Source of the DNA: Chrysomallon squamiferum
Taxonomy: Eukaryota; Animalia; Mollusca
NCBI GenBank assembly: GCA_012295275.1
Contig: CM022671.1
Location: forward strand, 558,001 to 622,000
Reading direction: 5' to 3'
Length of the DNA: 64,000 bases
Shown here: piece by piece, positions 1 through 14,784 of the stretch
How the letters are laid out: each line of letters starts with the position of its first letter
Numbering within the stretch: position 1 is the first letter of the stretch
Made by a program: the position numbers and the translations under genes
Notes under the pieces: model-generated
What the model saw: only the letters and a program-made list of their open reading frames with translations
Databases searched by the model: none
Told to the model about the DNA's origin: nothing

Positions 1-2949
1 ATATAACTTTCAGGAACCATTACACATTATATCTCAGTTTATTTTATATATATATATAGCTATATACACATACATATACATACATACATAACCAAAAAAA
101 CAGACAAATATATATGCATACATACATACATACATACATATATACCTTTATATATAACACACATGCATATAGACATACATTCCTTTATATAAACCACATA
201 TAAACATGCATTTGTCAATGTATCCATGCTTTTGTAATTACATAAAAATACAAACACATATACTACACTACACACACAGACTTCCATACACACACATGGT
301 CATTAGTAATATCCAAGCTGTTGCAGCCATCAACTGTAGCAGTAATTTATGGTAATATCTCTGAATTAAAACATAATTCATGAAGCAAGGCATAATTATA
401 CACAACAGCAACAGAATTATCTAGCTTATTACAGTGTTATTTCAAATAACTAATATCATTATGTTCATGTTCTTGCTGTTATTACTAGTTGATAAAACTA
501 TGCTTTAAATTCCTTGATTAAAACTTTCCTTAAACACTCACACAACATATTTTTACAGAGAGATGTCCTTTTATTTAGTTACAGTGCAAATATTTACTGC
601 ATTTTTCATCTGTCTTCTTTTTGAGTTTTATATTATCATATTTGTTACAAATGTTAGTGGATTGGAATTTGTATCTAGTTTGGTTTTAGATAATTTAACA
701 AAATTCATGAAATCTGCAATACATGCATCAGTGAAAAAACCCCATAGAGTCCCCATTACTGCTGAGGAAAGTTAGATTTTCATCTTGTCTGTGTGCAAAT
801 CCATACAAGTCATGTTCACATGTGAGAGCTCTTTTACTTAAAATTAAAAAACACTGAAGCATTTCAAGAAGAGAATATCACAAATGTGTTTAATATAAAA
901 GAATCCATGGTCCAGAAATTTTCCTATACAAGCTGTCCTGTACACAAGCTTAGAAATATAAACCAAATTATGTTTGGTGTATGAACACTGATGTCATTTT
1001 GTAACTAGGGCAAAATATACATTACTCAAAATCAACCTGCTGATTTCCACTTAGTGCTGATTAAAACTATATAGTCATAAAATTGTTACAATTTTTAATA
1101 AAAAATTTTTATCAAAAACAAATTCTTCAATGCATTTCAGTAACATTTTGTATGAGATAAATATTTAACTTTCAATTAACATTTTTTACACAAATCCTTG
1201 AAATACTGTCAGTAATGCATTCTTGTTTCCATGAACTACAAAAATTACTTATGAATTTTAAATGAATTTAGTCAGCCATGTGCATGTAGGATATATACAT
1301 CAGTCCTTGAATGATAGCCGATTTCTTTTTTTCAAAAAATCAAGTCATAAGTTATGTGACATTCTACAACTTCCAGTTCCTTACAATTGCCACTGTCCTC
1401 GTTGGTCGTGAAATGCACCTAAATCACAATGAGTACATCTATCTGAGTCTGCATCTATCACTGTCCTCACATGGGGCCAGACTTTTTAACCACCTCTTGC
1501 AATTATTTCCTTTACTCTGGAGCATTTTCCTACAACTCTCTGCAGCAGTCTAGAACACAGACAGGGATCAATAGAAACAGAAACAAAAGAAAGAAAACGT
1601 CTCAGCTGCAATGAGCACATAATACATTATGTTCATTCTCAAGCAGATTATTCCCAAGTCTCGTACATCTATATATGTGACTATCTGGATCAACACATGA
1701 CACAGCCACTGCCACCAAAACCCAGTAACAATGAGTCAGATTCTAAAGCACTCATTACATATTTACACATTTGGACTGAAGACGAGATTTCAGTAATGAG
1801 ATTGGTCACATTTTTGCTATTAATCATGAATGATTGGCAAAGGAAGCCATACTCCTCAGTATCATGTTTGAATTTCTTATCCCAGGAGACTCCTACATTG
1901 CACATGCCTGTCAAAGTGACCCAATCCAATAGCAGAATTGTCTGCTGTTCTGAAAGCAAAAGTGTTCAGCTTTCAAAGAATCCTGTAGAATGGAAACATT
2001 ATTCACGTATAGATTGTATCTGATCAATCAAACTATGTGTTAACAGCCTACATTCAGTAAATAGTTTAATTTACAAATGAGCATTGATTTATGTAAAAAA
2101 AAAAACAAGTAAAAAAACAACAAAAAAACAACAACATATGCATGCTTGGTTAACATATTAAACCAAAAGTTTAATGTTTTCTTTTGTTTTCCTTTTTTTT
2201 TTTAAATTATTTAACATAATTTTTATTGATCTGATAAAAGTCTGAACTACTTTTTCTGTTTTTTTCCTTCTTTTTTTTTTTTAAATAATAATTGATACCA
2301 TTTGTTTTTGCAGTCTGTCACTAACAGAATTTGACAATTCCACTTCTGTTTAATATACTGCAATCCTGAAACTAAAATCTTCCAGACTCTATGGCTGCTT
2401 ATCAACAGACCACCCACTCAAAACAGCAATGTAAAAGTCTCAGTCCAAGACATCTCATGTCAGAGATAATAGCCAGGGTGTTTCTGAGAAAACACTGTAA
2501 CAGGTTTTCATACAGTCTTTACAAGTACATGTAAATTCCAGTAAGCTTAAAGTGGAAAACACGAAAGTGAGAGTAGAATGTTACTGTTGGCTTCACCATA
2601 AATTCACTTTTTCACAACAATATTTACAAAAATATAAATATCAATCAAAACAAAAGCAGAGGTAATGATTTTAACTACTGGTTGTTAAGGGTGGAAAAAA
2701 AGAAAATGATCTGCAGTGACAAAATCATATGTAATTGGAGAGATTTATCTCTGATTATAACAGATTGAAAACTGTGAACAAGGTGACCTTATAACCAACA
2801 GTTACAGCAAAGGATAAAATAAAAATGTCCACCATTTGTGATATTAACCTTCAGTATATGTATCCCATGCAAATATCTGATCCAATTTTTAAATGTATTT
2901 AAAGAGAAAAACATGCATAAAAATACTCTTGTGAACTTTATATATTGAG

Positions 2950-2975
2950 AGTGTGTATGTGTGTGTGTGTATATA

Positions 2976-3022
<47 letters not shown>
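2950..3022. repeat. (TG)n/(TA)n microsatellite
   Basis: Directly visible. Confidence 0.9.
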
Positions 3023-3025
<3 letters not shown>

Positions 3026-4699
3026 TAGAAGCTTTAAAAAACAAACAAATAAAAAACTATGGTAGAAAGAAAAAGATATCACATTGGCAGCTAAAATCAG
3101 ATATCTCTAAACCCCATGTAGCTTAGCTTTGCCAACATGTACAAGATAGATGTTTGATAGCGAACACACTTGTCACTCAAAAAGAAATCAATACTGGAAA
3201 ATGCTAAACAAAGATAGCGGATTCTGGACAGAGTCTGACGTTGATTCAGTACCACTGATCACATACAGAAAAGCTCCAGACACAGCAAGTTCCATTAGTT
3301 TGCAATTAGCCGACAATTCCCCAAATTACAGAATGCTATAGTGTGTGATTTATCTACAAGCAGAGCCCTAACAACAGCATCTACGAACATGCATAGACAG
3401 CAAAATAGATTTTAAAGGATTGTTCTTCAAGACAGCCTGTGAATGCATCATGCACAATTACAAAAGAAGTGGATAACTTTGCATTAATATTATCGCATTT
3501 ACCATTTTAGTTTTTAGGTATCAAAAAACATCATGACATTTTAACTTTCATACTATAAAAGGTTATATTGATTATTTTTAAGTGGAATAAAAGGTCAAAT
3601 GTGAGGAAAGACTATAGTTCAGTGGCCGCTAGAACAGTCTAACACAGAAAGATCAACAGATTAGCTAAAAAAAACAACTGAGATATGATTTTCAGAATTT
3701 TTAAAAAACAAATCAATGAATAATTAAAACATTTTCAAATGTAACCACTTGTCCAGTCCTGACTTAGTTATAAAAACCAAGCTAGAAAAATGTAACAACT
3801 GTTTTCTTTATGAAAATCAATGTTGTTTATTTGTTTTATTTGTTCATGAAATTATTTACATACTGATTATTTTATTACCTGCAAATGTTTGATGATTTAT
3901 CAGATTTAACTAATTTTTATCAAAATATATGAAGCTACAGGTTAATGGATCTATGGAACCACTTTCTTAGTGTGCTCACAGATCTCATTTTTCTGACTGA
4001 ACAGGTAATATTTATGCCTTCAGTTCAGAGTTATAGTAACTCATCCAAAGTATACAGAACTATATTAACACAAGCTTTACAGTACCATACATTTATTTAA
4101 AATTAATATGCATGATTTACCACATAGTGGTAACTTACCCATTTCAATAATTAATTTTCAGATGTCTTCTGCATGTACTACCATTATCAGCCTTACATTA
4201 AGCACAACATTTATGAGAGTTTAAGTCACCTGAGTTATTACCTTTTTTTTTCTTTTCTTGTAACTGAATTTCAAACCTGCATCTAAAAGTCTACATGAAC
4301 ATTAGCCTCTTTTACAGGAATAAAAAAAACTCAAGCCCAGCTGGCCGACAGTAATCCCTGACAGGTTCACACCAGGAAATTATCATCAAAAACTTGCCTA
4401 TCTTTGTTGTTCTCTCTAAGTAATACAAATGTAGACGATCTTTCCTATGAAGATTTGACCCTGAGGTTGTGAAGGAAAAAATGTGGCATATTCCAATAAA
4501 GATATGATAACATAGCACTCTTTCTTCTGCAGAAGCAACAACACTTCATTGTAACTCTAGATGCTGACAGTTACACATCCAGCATTTCTAATAGTATTTG
4601 TTTTATTCTTTTATTCTTTTGTTTATGTTTTTGTTCATTATTTCTTTCTCTTTTACTTGCCTCTGAAATGTAAAACAAGTTGTATTTACACACACTTAC

Positions 4700-7600
4700 C
4701 TCTTCATAAAACTTCAACTGCGGGACTGGTTCATCACAAACATTGTTGCAGAAGTCCTTGAACAGCAAAAATCCTGAAACAATAATAATAATAATAATAA
4801 AAAAAACAACAACAATAAAAGTGATGATGGTGGTGGTTGTAGCAATGATGATGATGATAGTTAATATTTCATGACAACTTAGAATTAAAAAAACCAAATT
4901 TTTAAAAGTATCTGTATTAATAATTATATTTCAAGAAGAAAAAAAATAATCATCTGGATATGACATTAACATTTCAAAGTAAATCTCATTCACCAGTTAA
5001 TATAAACAAACCACCACCATCAAATGAAATGTAAGTATCTCAAAGAGTAAAAGTTATGATTTTATAATAACTTAGATGAGATTTTTAGAGTTAGAGTTGT
5101 TTGTGGGGTTTGGGGGAGTTTTCAGGGGGGTTTGAGGAAGTGTTGGAAGGGATAATGTTCCAAATATTTTCCAAAAAGGTTAGTCACAACTCACAATATA
5201 ATAATCATCTTTACTAATTACTGTAATAGATGGAATGCAATAAAAATTTAACTTGCACACACATCATTCATAATAAAAATGTTAAATATTTAAAAATAAT
5301 AATATTAATAAGAATTATTATTATTATTTAAAAAAATTAATAACAACAACAATAATAATTTTAAAAAAAAAAAAATGTAATATATTGATTTTCTATAAAC
5401 ATTTGGTAATTTTGACAAATATTTCATCTGAAGCAAGAGATCTTTGAATTCACTTTCACACTGAAGAACAGCACATACCACAAATGGTTTAAAAACAAAT
5501 AAGCAGGCCTGGGGAAAACAGGACACACTTTTTAGCAACTAAATCACATTGTGACTTGACATAAATAATAACATATTTTTAAAAAGTATCTGTATTATTA
5601 ATTAGCATTTCATTACTTATTTTACTTATTTTATTTTTAGTTTGAATGGAAATGCTTTTTTCTGTCAATTAAAATTACCCAGATGTTTTTTAATTATATT
5701 GTTACTGAAAAGATGCTAATTATTATTTCAAATGTAATCTAATCTATTCACTAATAAATCATAAATAAAATAAAAAATTCAAGAGAAAATTAATTATTTT
5801 ACAGTTTATAGCATATGAAACATTGGTGTAAAACCAAATAAATTCAGAACTTATATAAAAAAGTGATCTGGTAAATTCAGATAAATTCTCAGTACATAAA
5901 ATTTGATCTATTAAATCCACATAAAATGTTAATGCATAAAAATTAAAAATTAAATAATCTGGTATTATTTGTATTCTTTATTTTATTTATTGTTAAAACA
6001 ATATATTTTTAAGACAATTTATAAAAACTCTTGCTTAACAATAGTTAAAAAAACAAACACAACCTGATCACTAATATAATAAGAGCCATACCTCAAACTA
6101 ATTCAATATATATATTTTTGTTTACACTCAAAAATTATGTTAATACTAATAGTAATGAAAATAAAGTAATTATGCGTCTACCAAAGATAAAATTTTGATT
6201 TTAGTTAAATATCAAATGTATGCACATATATTAGCATTGTTTTTAAATTGGCAACATGTGAAAAGAAATCAATTGGGTTTTGTGCAACAAAAAATATCTA
6301 AATATTATTTTCAAGATTTTCCAATAATAAAGTAATATTAATGAACTTGTTTATGCATAAAAATTAGAAGCAGGCATATTTTATTATCATTCTCTATTGT
6401 AAGTATATAAATACACTTACACACACACAAAATACATGCATGTACACATAAATACACACATACATACACATACTGACTTAATCTGTTTATTAAACTTTTA
6501 TTGTTTGCATAACATTCAATTATCATATTAAGGTAACAAAACACAGTGGCTAGAAACTGTAAATTACATTTCATTTCAAATTACACTTGTACTATAAACA
6601 CATAATTTATATAATATATATAAATATATATAGCTCAACATTTGTGTTTACTTTTACAAATTATGACCTTTTGTTTACAGAACAAATCATCACATCATAC
6701 AAGTGACATAACAAACTGCTACAAACTGTACCAAATAAAAGTGTAATATATCTACATTTAATTTAAAGCATGAAGCTACATTTGAGGTTGCTGTTACTTT
6801 TCTTTATGTTTAAGTAACAAAGAGATAATTCCAATGATAACAAAAAAAGCTGTGAACTACCTTTTACTTTAAACAGTAACATAATATGTGGATTTTCCTC
6901 TTAACAGTCTATTTACACAACTTACAGTCATTACTGTAAAGTAGCAAAACAAGGTGGCTGCTAAATATAAACCAGCTTTCATTTCAAGTCACACAGTAAT
7001 ATTTCTATTTGTAACTACAGCTAATTTTATTGCTCTGTTATCTGTCCATGTTTACACAACACACAGTCATCATTCTAAAGGTAACTAAACATGATGGTGA
7101 CTAACTGTGATCTGTGTTTCATTTCACTTTACAGTGCAACATGTTTAAGTAAGTGTGTGTAGATAACACTGGACTGTCACTCAGAGATGTTTACATAAAA
7201 CAAATATTTAAATATATGGGAATTTCCAGGCAGAAAGTAAAACAGCTCAAGCAGTCTCTGAATGTCAGTCTTTGCAGAAATGTTGTATTTACAAGCTCAG
7301 CAAAATGTCTATGTTAACACATCTGTGTGAATGTTTACATTTAAATTTAATGAATAAAGACAAATCCAGAGACATTAAAATATTTGTCTCACATACCAGT
7401 GCTGTCAGTATTTGACCTATCAGTATTTACATGTCAACAGAATTTGTTATGTATTAAACACAACATGAAGATTCAAATCTGAAAAACAAAGATAAACCCA
7501 GAGAGGAAGAGTTGTCTAACATCTTGTATGAGGTGTTAAATTTTCAGCATTATAATTCCACCAAAACAGACATGTTACAGTTATACAAATGTTTAAATTT

Positions 7601-10600
7601 ACATTTAATAAACAAAGACAAACCCATTCTTGCAGGTTAAATTCCACAAAGAGGCAGAATAAGAGTGACAGAATATTTGTCTAACATATCAGTTATATTA
7701 AATTTATGTAATGTAATGTATTTACATGCCTGTAGAAAGAAATATAAACATAAATATATGTAAGTTTATGTTTAGATTCAGATTTAACAAATAAAAACAA
7801 ACCCATAGAGGAGAACTATTTAGTTTGACATTGCAGACCCAAGGTTCAATAGGAAGGAGAAAATATTATCAGCATTAAGTCTAAAGTGAACCATCATTCA
7901 AATCATTGCAATATTAAAACACAGTGGACATATTGCAACTGTTGTTACCAAAAAAACTTGTTGTTTTTGGTTGGTTTGTTTTTCTCCCACAATACTACCA
8001 GAAAATGAAATAAATGCTACTACATTTGCTATATTCAAGGATTATTAGCTGGAACCAGAAATAAATACATCCTATATGGAAGACAGATAAAACCACCTAT
8101 CCATTCAAAGGAAAGCTAGGTCCAACTTAATAAGCCTCAATTTCTATTTCTACTTCCAGTCTCCATTAAACACAAGTATAATAATACTTACATAAAATCA
8201 CCTAATCCGGGGTCTTTTTAGGCCAAGGAAAAAAGAGTAGACATATGATAAATGCTTCAAAAGATCCATTAACATCTATTTCAAAAGAGCATATTAAAGT
8301 ATTTATGATGTCGTGATACTGCATATGTATGAATGGGCTATTATATATTCATAACCAAAGGACCAGGATGTTATCTATAAATGTTTAAAATAAAAATAAA
8401 AATATATATAGAAAAAAAATATAGAAAAATAAAAAATAAATGACTGAAAAATCTTAAAATCAAATACTCAGTAGAATTAATCTAATTAGCAATTTAACAG
8501 TAAATTTATAAATGTTCCAAAGTGCTGGTGAAATACAGTGAAAGAATGTATGTCTAATATATAATTCAGTTTGAAGTAATTTTTGTAGATGAACATTTAT
8601 GAGCTATGCAGTATTACAGAAGCTAGCTTATTGAACATAGTTCTTTACAAAATTAAACTGTTGCCAAGTTAAGACATAAACTTCTTGATGGATTTTAATT
8701 TTTTTAAATACTCATAATGTATAATAATAATGATAATAATAATAATAACAATGATGATGATTTCTAAAATACACTAAAAATAAAAGGTTTTAATAAAAAA
8801 TGAAAACGTGGATAAATATATCTGAGTTCTGACATTATACAGAGAGCAGCAGTCAGTGTCTGTTATTTACATTTCCCAGAGGAATCCGATGACCATTATT
8901 TTGCATTAACTACAAAACCTACCAGTATCAAAAGAAAAGAAATAATAAGTGTATTAAATTATTTACCGTTGTACAAAGACTGCATTTATACCGAAATAGT
9001 ACTGACGATTATTTGCAGAGATCTGTAGCTCAGAAATAATCATATTATCAATACATTCAGTGAAAAGGTCACAACAAATTCCATACAATGTATTAGCTTC
9101 TGTCAGGAATTATTTCATTTTAGGACTGTTTTTTGTTGTTGTTTTTATTTTTTTAAATATGTAGCTTTAATAAACAGATCCTACTGCACACTATTTCTGT
9201 GTTTATGTCTAACAGGTACACAGTTTGTAGTGTGTGCAGTCATGAATGTATGCCATAGCACCCATGAATTCATTTGAGGTATGCTAAAGTAATAAGCACC
9301 TGTCACTGATAAACACTGAAAACACTTTGCATCTTACCTTGCTGGCACTAAAATGTTTTGTAATGCATTAAATATCCACTTGAAAATGTTAGTTGTATGT
9401 ACTCTATTAAACTATCACATGAAACTGTTCATACTTTGAACATTTTAAAAGTCACATGCTAATACTTATTTATGCATTATGTTTCCACTAGAAATGTTAT
9501 TTGTTGGCTTACACATTTATTATTCTGACATGTAACCATTAATATTTTGGCATGTACATAGTTTTATTTAATAAAAGCAAAGTAATGCCAATAACACATA
9601 CAAACAATGAAATGATTTATCAGAAGAAAAAAGAGCTGTCTATTAAGTTATTCATTAACAGTACATAAACATGGTGGGAACTGGTGCATGTTACTGTATA
9701 CATGTATGTGCAAGAATCAGCACTGTTGTACATAAAGTAATGAAGTATATATTTTATTAAATAAATATTGTGCAGCTAAACTGAAGAAAATGATATCTGA
9801 ACAAACAAAAAAAGAAAGAAAATAATTTTAAAAATTTTAAATAAAGCCTGTATCTGTATTATTTAAATTTCACTGAAACATATCCCATTACAATATCATC
9901 AAAAAAGAAAATCTTCCATAACAATACCAGTGAAACTGATTGATCCTACTGGTGGAAATCTAATTTCATATAAACTGTTGCTGCATGCTTAGATGTTTAT
10001 ATGTGGGAGTTGGTCTATGATATTAAAACTGCTGCAGATAAAAAGTTGCTGCATTAAATGTAAATGTTAAATATAACTACCAGCAGTGATAACCGGAAAT
10101 ATAAAAATCTAGTAATAAGAAGGAATAAAAATATGCAGTAAAAAATTAAAATGCAACAGAAATACAGTTTTCATGAGAATTCCAGACAAATGAAAATTTC
10201 ATTCAATTCACTCTTCCAAGGATAAGCTATAACTATTTACATTTTTTTTTTTTTTTTTACCTTTTGTAGGTTTATGAATTTTTTTTCAAAAGTAGGTTAG
10301 TGTGTGTGAGAGAAAGAGATAGATAGATTTTAAATGTCAATATTTATTCTTTAAAAAAAATTATACAGGTTTTATGTACAGATTTGTAATTTTATTTTCA
10401 TTTCAACTATTAATGAAATATTACATATTTTAACTTTGTTCCTGAAATAAAATAAATTTCTCAATATGTGCAAGTATTATGAAAATTATGATAAACTCAT
10501 AGAATCTGCTATGATGAATTTTAGTTCAACTGAATCCCAAGAGAAAAAACAGACAATTATGATGAATCATGTGTTTGATATACCCACAAACAAAATTATT

Positions 10601-11838
10601 TCAATCAATAACACAATGTCAGTAAGTGTTTTGCTAGCTTATAATTTATTTCCCACATGTATAAAAAAAAACACCATTTAGAAATTTTTGAATTTTGCAA
10701 ATACAATACATTAAATTTGTACATTCTAAGTTTTATTAATATACTTTATTATTATTAATAAAGTAATTGCTTTAAAGTATTGTTATCTACAAATTGTCAA
10801 TTTTCTCCTAATAACGTAATTATGAACAATATTATATTATATGCAAATTCTGAAGAAAGTATGTCTAGATCTTCTTACCAGCTGCTGAATTTAAATTATT
10901 GGTTGCATTTGTTACAGAAAATTTAAGATTTTAAAATCATTGTTATCTTTACATTATCAACACTGTTGTTTTGAGGGTTTTTTTTGTTGTTGTTGTTGTT
11001 GTTGTTTTTTCCTTAATATAAAGAAAGTTTTACTCAAAACATATTCATATTCATACAACAGCCATGCCCAAAACACAAGAGGGTGGGTGGTACATTTTAT
11101 TTAATACTTAATAACTTAAAACATAAAATGTGGGGTAATGTATTTTAAATATTAATATCAACATATAACCATAATGTATTTAACTTCGTGTTTGTATTCA
11201 CACACATAGTATATTAGGTGCACTATCTAAGTATCATACTTAACATTAGCTAACGTTTGTTTATGGATGCAAGCCTTAGTCACAATACATTCACTTTGTT
11301 AATACACCAGTTTTGTTTTTTATGATGAGTTGGTGCTTTGTCTATTGTTTATGTTTAAATGAAAATACATTATATAAAATGCCATTCTAGTGGCAGTACT
11401 GCTACACGTTATTCACATCACAACACAGTAACATCAAACACAGAAAAAGATCAGCAGTGTCAAATTTGACAGCTGGATTTTCGGACACTTACCTATTTTT
11501 TGGTTGAAAATTTTGTCGAAAGTTACTTCGTTATGTTTCATCAAGTATTTACACATCACGCTCCGAATACTGCAAAAATAAAATGAAAGAAATAGGTATA
11601 TCGGAAATTTAATTGCCAGTCATAGACTTTGTGTTGTGTATTTTGCCGACAATGGCTGCGAGATTGACCAAATTTTCACTGATTAGCGACAAGACAACAA
11701 CGGACAGCTTGTAATGGCAACTAACCTAGGATCTGGCAGGACGATTTTTTTGCTAGCTCTTGCGGCTGGAGTAGATTTACTCTTCTCCATAGCCATAAGA
11801 TAGCTAACATCGGCTAAAACGGCTTCTAAATCCGCCAT
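4700..11838 (-). CDS. GRK2: G protein-coupled receptor kinase, GRK2/beta-ARK subfamily; first three coding exons (gene continues beyond position 1)
   Basis: Exons 11726-11838 (113 nt, [37 protein letters not shown]), 11493-11569 (77 nt, [26 protein letters not shown]) and 4700-4773 (74 nt, [25 protein letters not shown]). All introns are GT-AG and the phases are compatible. The N-terminus is the diagnostic GRK2/3 sequence. Exon 4 was not found in 1-4699. Confidence 0.96.
7330..7820. repeat. Degenerate tandem repeat, about 4 copies, in GRK2 intron 2
   Basis: A core resembling tttaatraacaaagacaaaccca(gag)...atttgtctaacat recurs at about 7345, 7480, 7605 and 7785. Confidence 0.55.
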
Positions 11839-13056
11839 GTTGGGATTTCAGGTTTGCTGCTTGCTCGCGGCTGGAAGCAGACCGGTTGAAGCCGACCTCC
11901 TCGGCGTTTTATTACTTCTTTAAAGCACTTATCCCAACTGCATCGTCAGATCACAAATTACAAAAAACTATTCCACTTCATCGGATCACTAGTATATGTT
12001 CCGAGTAGAAACTCCACGTAAAACCACACAGAAAATGCATAAATCGACATATGTAAATATTAATTAGAGAGGTCGCCGTGAAGGCGTCTGGGTAATATAA
12101 CGCGAAGAATGTTTTCAGCCAATATTAATCGATTCCAGGAATATCGATCACATAAAAAGGCTTTCCCCTAACTTTGTATTGAACACCAAACGCATCAGAA
12201 CCATTTTAGAGAGATTAATAATGAAAAATTCGTATGATATTTGTTATAGTAAATGGTATGGCATTAATATCACTGGGAATTCCGCAGTTCTAGGCGGCCG
12301 TTCTAAACGTAACGGTGAATTAGAATTTTACAGCGATCTCGCTCAGGGGTACGATCGTCTTAATTCGAGATTGGTTTGGATGAAGTTTGAAACATTTTTA
12401 TTTCCATTCAGCCGATCTATAAGCCGTTTACCAGTCAGTAATAGATTAATAATTTTCGAATAACATCAATAAAGCAGAAAATCTCTCTGACTTTCGTCAA
12501 TTTTTGTTTTAATTTAATTTAATTTATCTTATCTTATCTTATTTATCTTATTTACAATTCATGAAAGGAAATCAGATTTGCCGAGTATTCCAATTTTTTT
12601 TTTTTTTTTTTTTAAATAATAATAATAAATCCTTAAAACAAAGCACTTTCATTTTTGATGAAAAATATATTCATGGTACCAATTCATTAACAAGAAAAAT
12701 TATTCATGTTTTCTTGTTTAATTTTTAATAATTCTGTCAGTACATTGAAACAAGGTATTACCAAAGGCGACAATCGTTCGATTAATTATAATTCTGTTCA
12801 TTAAATCATGAATATAACTGGACATAATAATGAAAAAAATATTCATTTCAGTTCTTCCAAACATCTCCAAGTAATGCAGTATAATATTTACTTTACAATT
12901 ATAATGGATCTCTATCTTTAATTAAATTTAAATAAATCAATAAATTTTAAAACAACAAGAAAATACATAGGCTAGTTGCATATGTTATTATTTACAATTA
13001 TTACATTTTTTTTTTTTTTTAAAGTATTTGTTTCTTAATTAATTTTGTAAACTTTA

Positions 13057-13095
<39 letters not shown>

Positions 13096-13120
13096 ACAGA
13101 TATTAATTTATCTGTAAAAT

Positions 13121-13161
<41 letters not shown>
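13057..13161. repeat. (ATT)n and (TA)n microsatellites
   Basis: Directly visible. Confidence 0.9.
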
Positions 13162-13163
<2 letters not shown>

Positions 13164-14212
13164 CTGTATATCAATCTGTGTCAACATGTTTGTGTGTGTG
13201 TTTAAATATAAAGTAATAATAATTATTATTTTTTAAAAGAAAACAGAAAAGAAATAAATAAGAAATAATAATAATTAAAAAAAATACCATGCGAGAAGTA
13301 AAATAAATTAACTTTCAAGCTTCATACATAAATAATTATATCGATTTTTTAGTTTCTATTTTCTTATTTTTGAGACGACGTGACTCGTACGTGCGTCATG
13401 ACACGAATTATCAATATAATATTTGGTAACAATAATATCGAAAACTGTCCACAAAGTATATATATACACATAAATCGATGCAATACCAGATTGAGGCCGA
13501 TGGTCTACATCAGAGCTATGAGCACCCACATAATTTTTGCACGCAGTATGACGTATGTTAGTTAATTTTATATCATTCTTCACGTGTCAGAAATTATTCT
13601 CGAATTATCAGTTTTTCAAGTATATGAATACAGTCAACGCATGAAGACAGGAAACTGTAATTGGTGCATCTACATCAAAGATAAAACGGTCATTACTCAT
13701 TATTTAGATTACAATTTGTAAATTATCGCAGCTGTATTTGCTAAGATCATAACGACAGCACGTATTAAAACACTAACCAAATATCTAATAACATCGTATG
13801 TATTAGTATATAAAAAGAATCAACGTCATAGAAAATTTGTTTTTAAACATTTCGCTTGATTATCGAGTTTTAAGTAATAAACAGCATTCTTTAACGACAT
13901 TCAACAGTTCCTTTTAATATTAGTGATTATGAAATTTTATAAAACGTTAGGTTTGTTTGGTTAGTTGTTTATTTGTTGTTGTTTTAATTTTTCAGTTTAT
14001 TCTTCGATTTATTAGTCGGTGCTTCTAGTTTGAAAGGAGCTCACAAGAACGATTCTGCTAGTTCCAGCTAGTGTTTTAACATCTGAGTTATTACCCGTTC
14101 CAAAGAAATATTGAGATAAGCAGGAATAAGAATGGCGTGGAAAATATTTTTACATACATAACCAGCTTACAAAAATGACATTATTTTGTTTTGTTTTGTT
14201 TTAATTTATTTG

Positions 14213-14247
<35 letters not shown>

Positions 14248-14717
14248 AGAAGGCCATCACGATGTCACTTTCGTGATGTAAGGGAAATAACCAGTAAAAC
14301 GTCGTATCGAAGAGCTGCAATACGCTTGCTTTTTGTTTGTTCGTACGTGTATGTGTACTCGATCATTCTGGACTATTAAAACCTTTTTATGTAACTGAAA
14401 CAATAACGTTTTAATGGGTGTCTATAACAAAAACAAAAAGGTACAATTTTAATATTTAAATTCACACATATTAATTGTAACAGTCTCATATACGACTAAA
14501 ATTGCTTATTTTCGTGTTTTAATGTCGGATATAAAAGGCTTTTTTTATTCTTTTTTTTTTTTTTTTTTTTTTCAAGGTAATAGTATAACATGATTTACAT
14601 GCGTGTATTAAATGCCACAAATTCAATTATATGAATTTGCCGAATATTAAATTTAAATAATTTTTGGTAATAGATCTAGTGAATGAAACCACCCAAACAC
14701 ATCTCCACTGCTATTAC

Positions 14718-14719
<2 letters not shown>

Positions 14720-14784
<65 letters not shown>
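14720..14784. repeat. (ATT)n microsatellite
   Basis: Directly visible; the source of the poly-Ile ORF 14683..15003. Confidence 0.9.

Noticed and set aside
1370-1555. Complex, less AT-rich block with a minus-strand acceptor-like ttctag in GRK2 intron 3
   Set aside because: All three frames stop within about 40 codons and none resembles GRK2 exon 4. It may be a repeat relic but cannot be assigned.
4312-4560. Open minus-strand frame just downstream of GRK2 exon 3
   Set aside because: No similarity to the GRK RH domain and no convincing GT donor.
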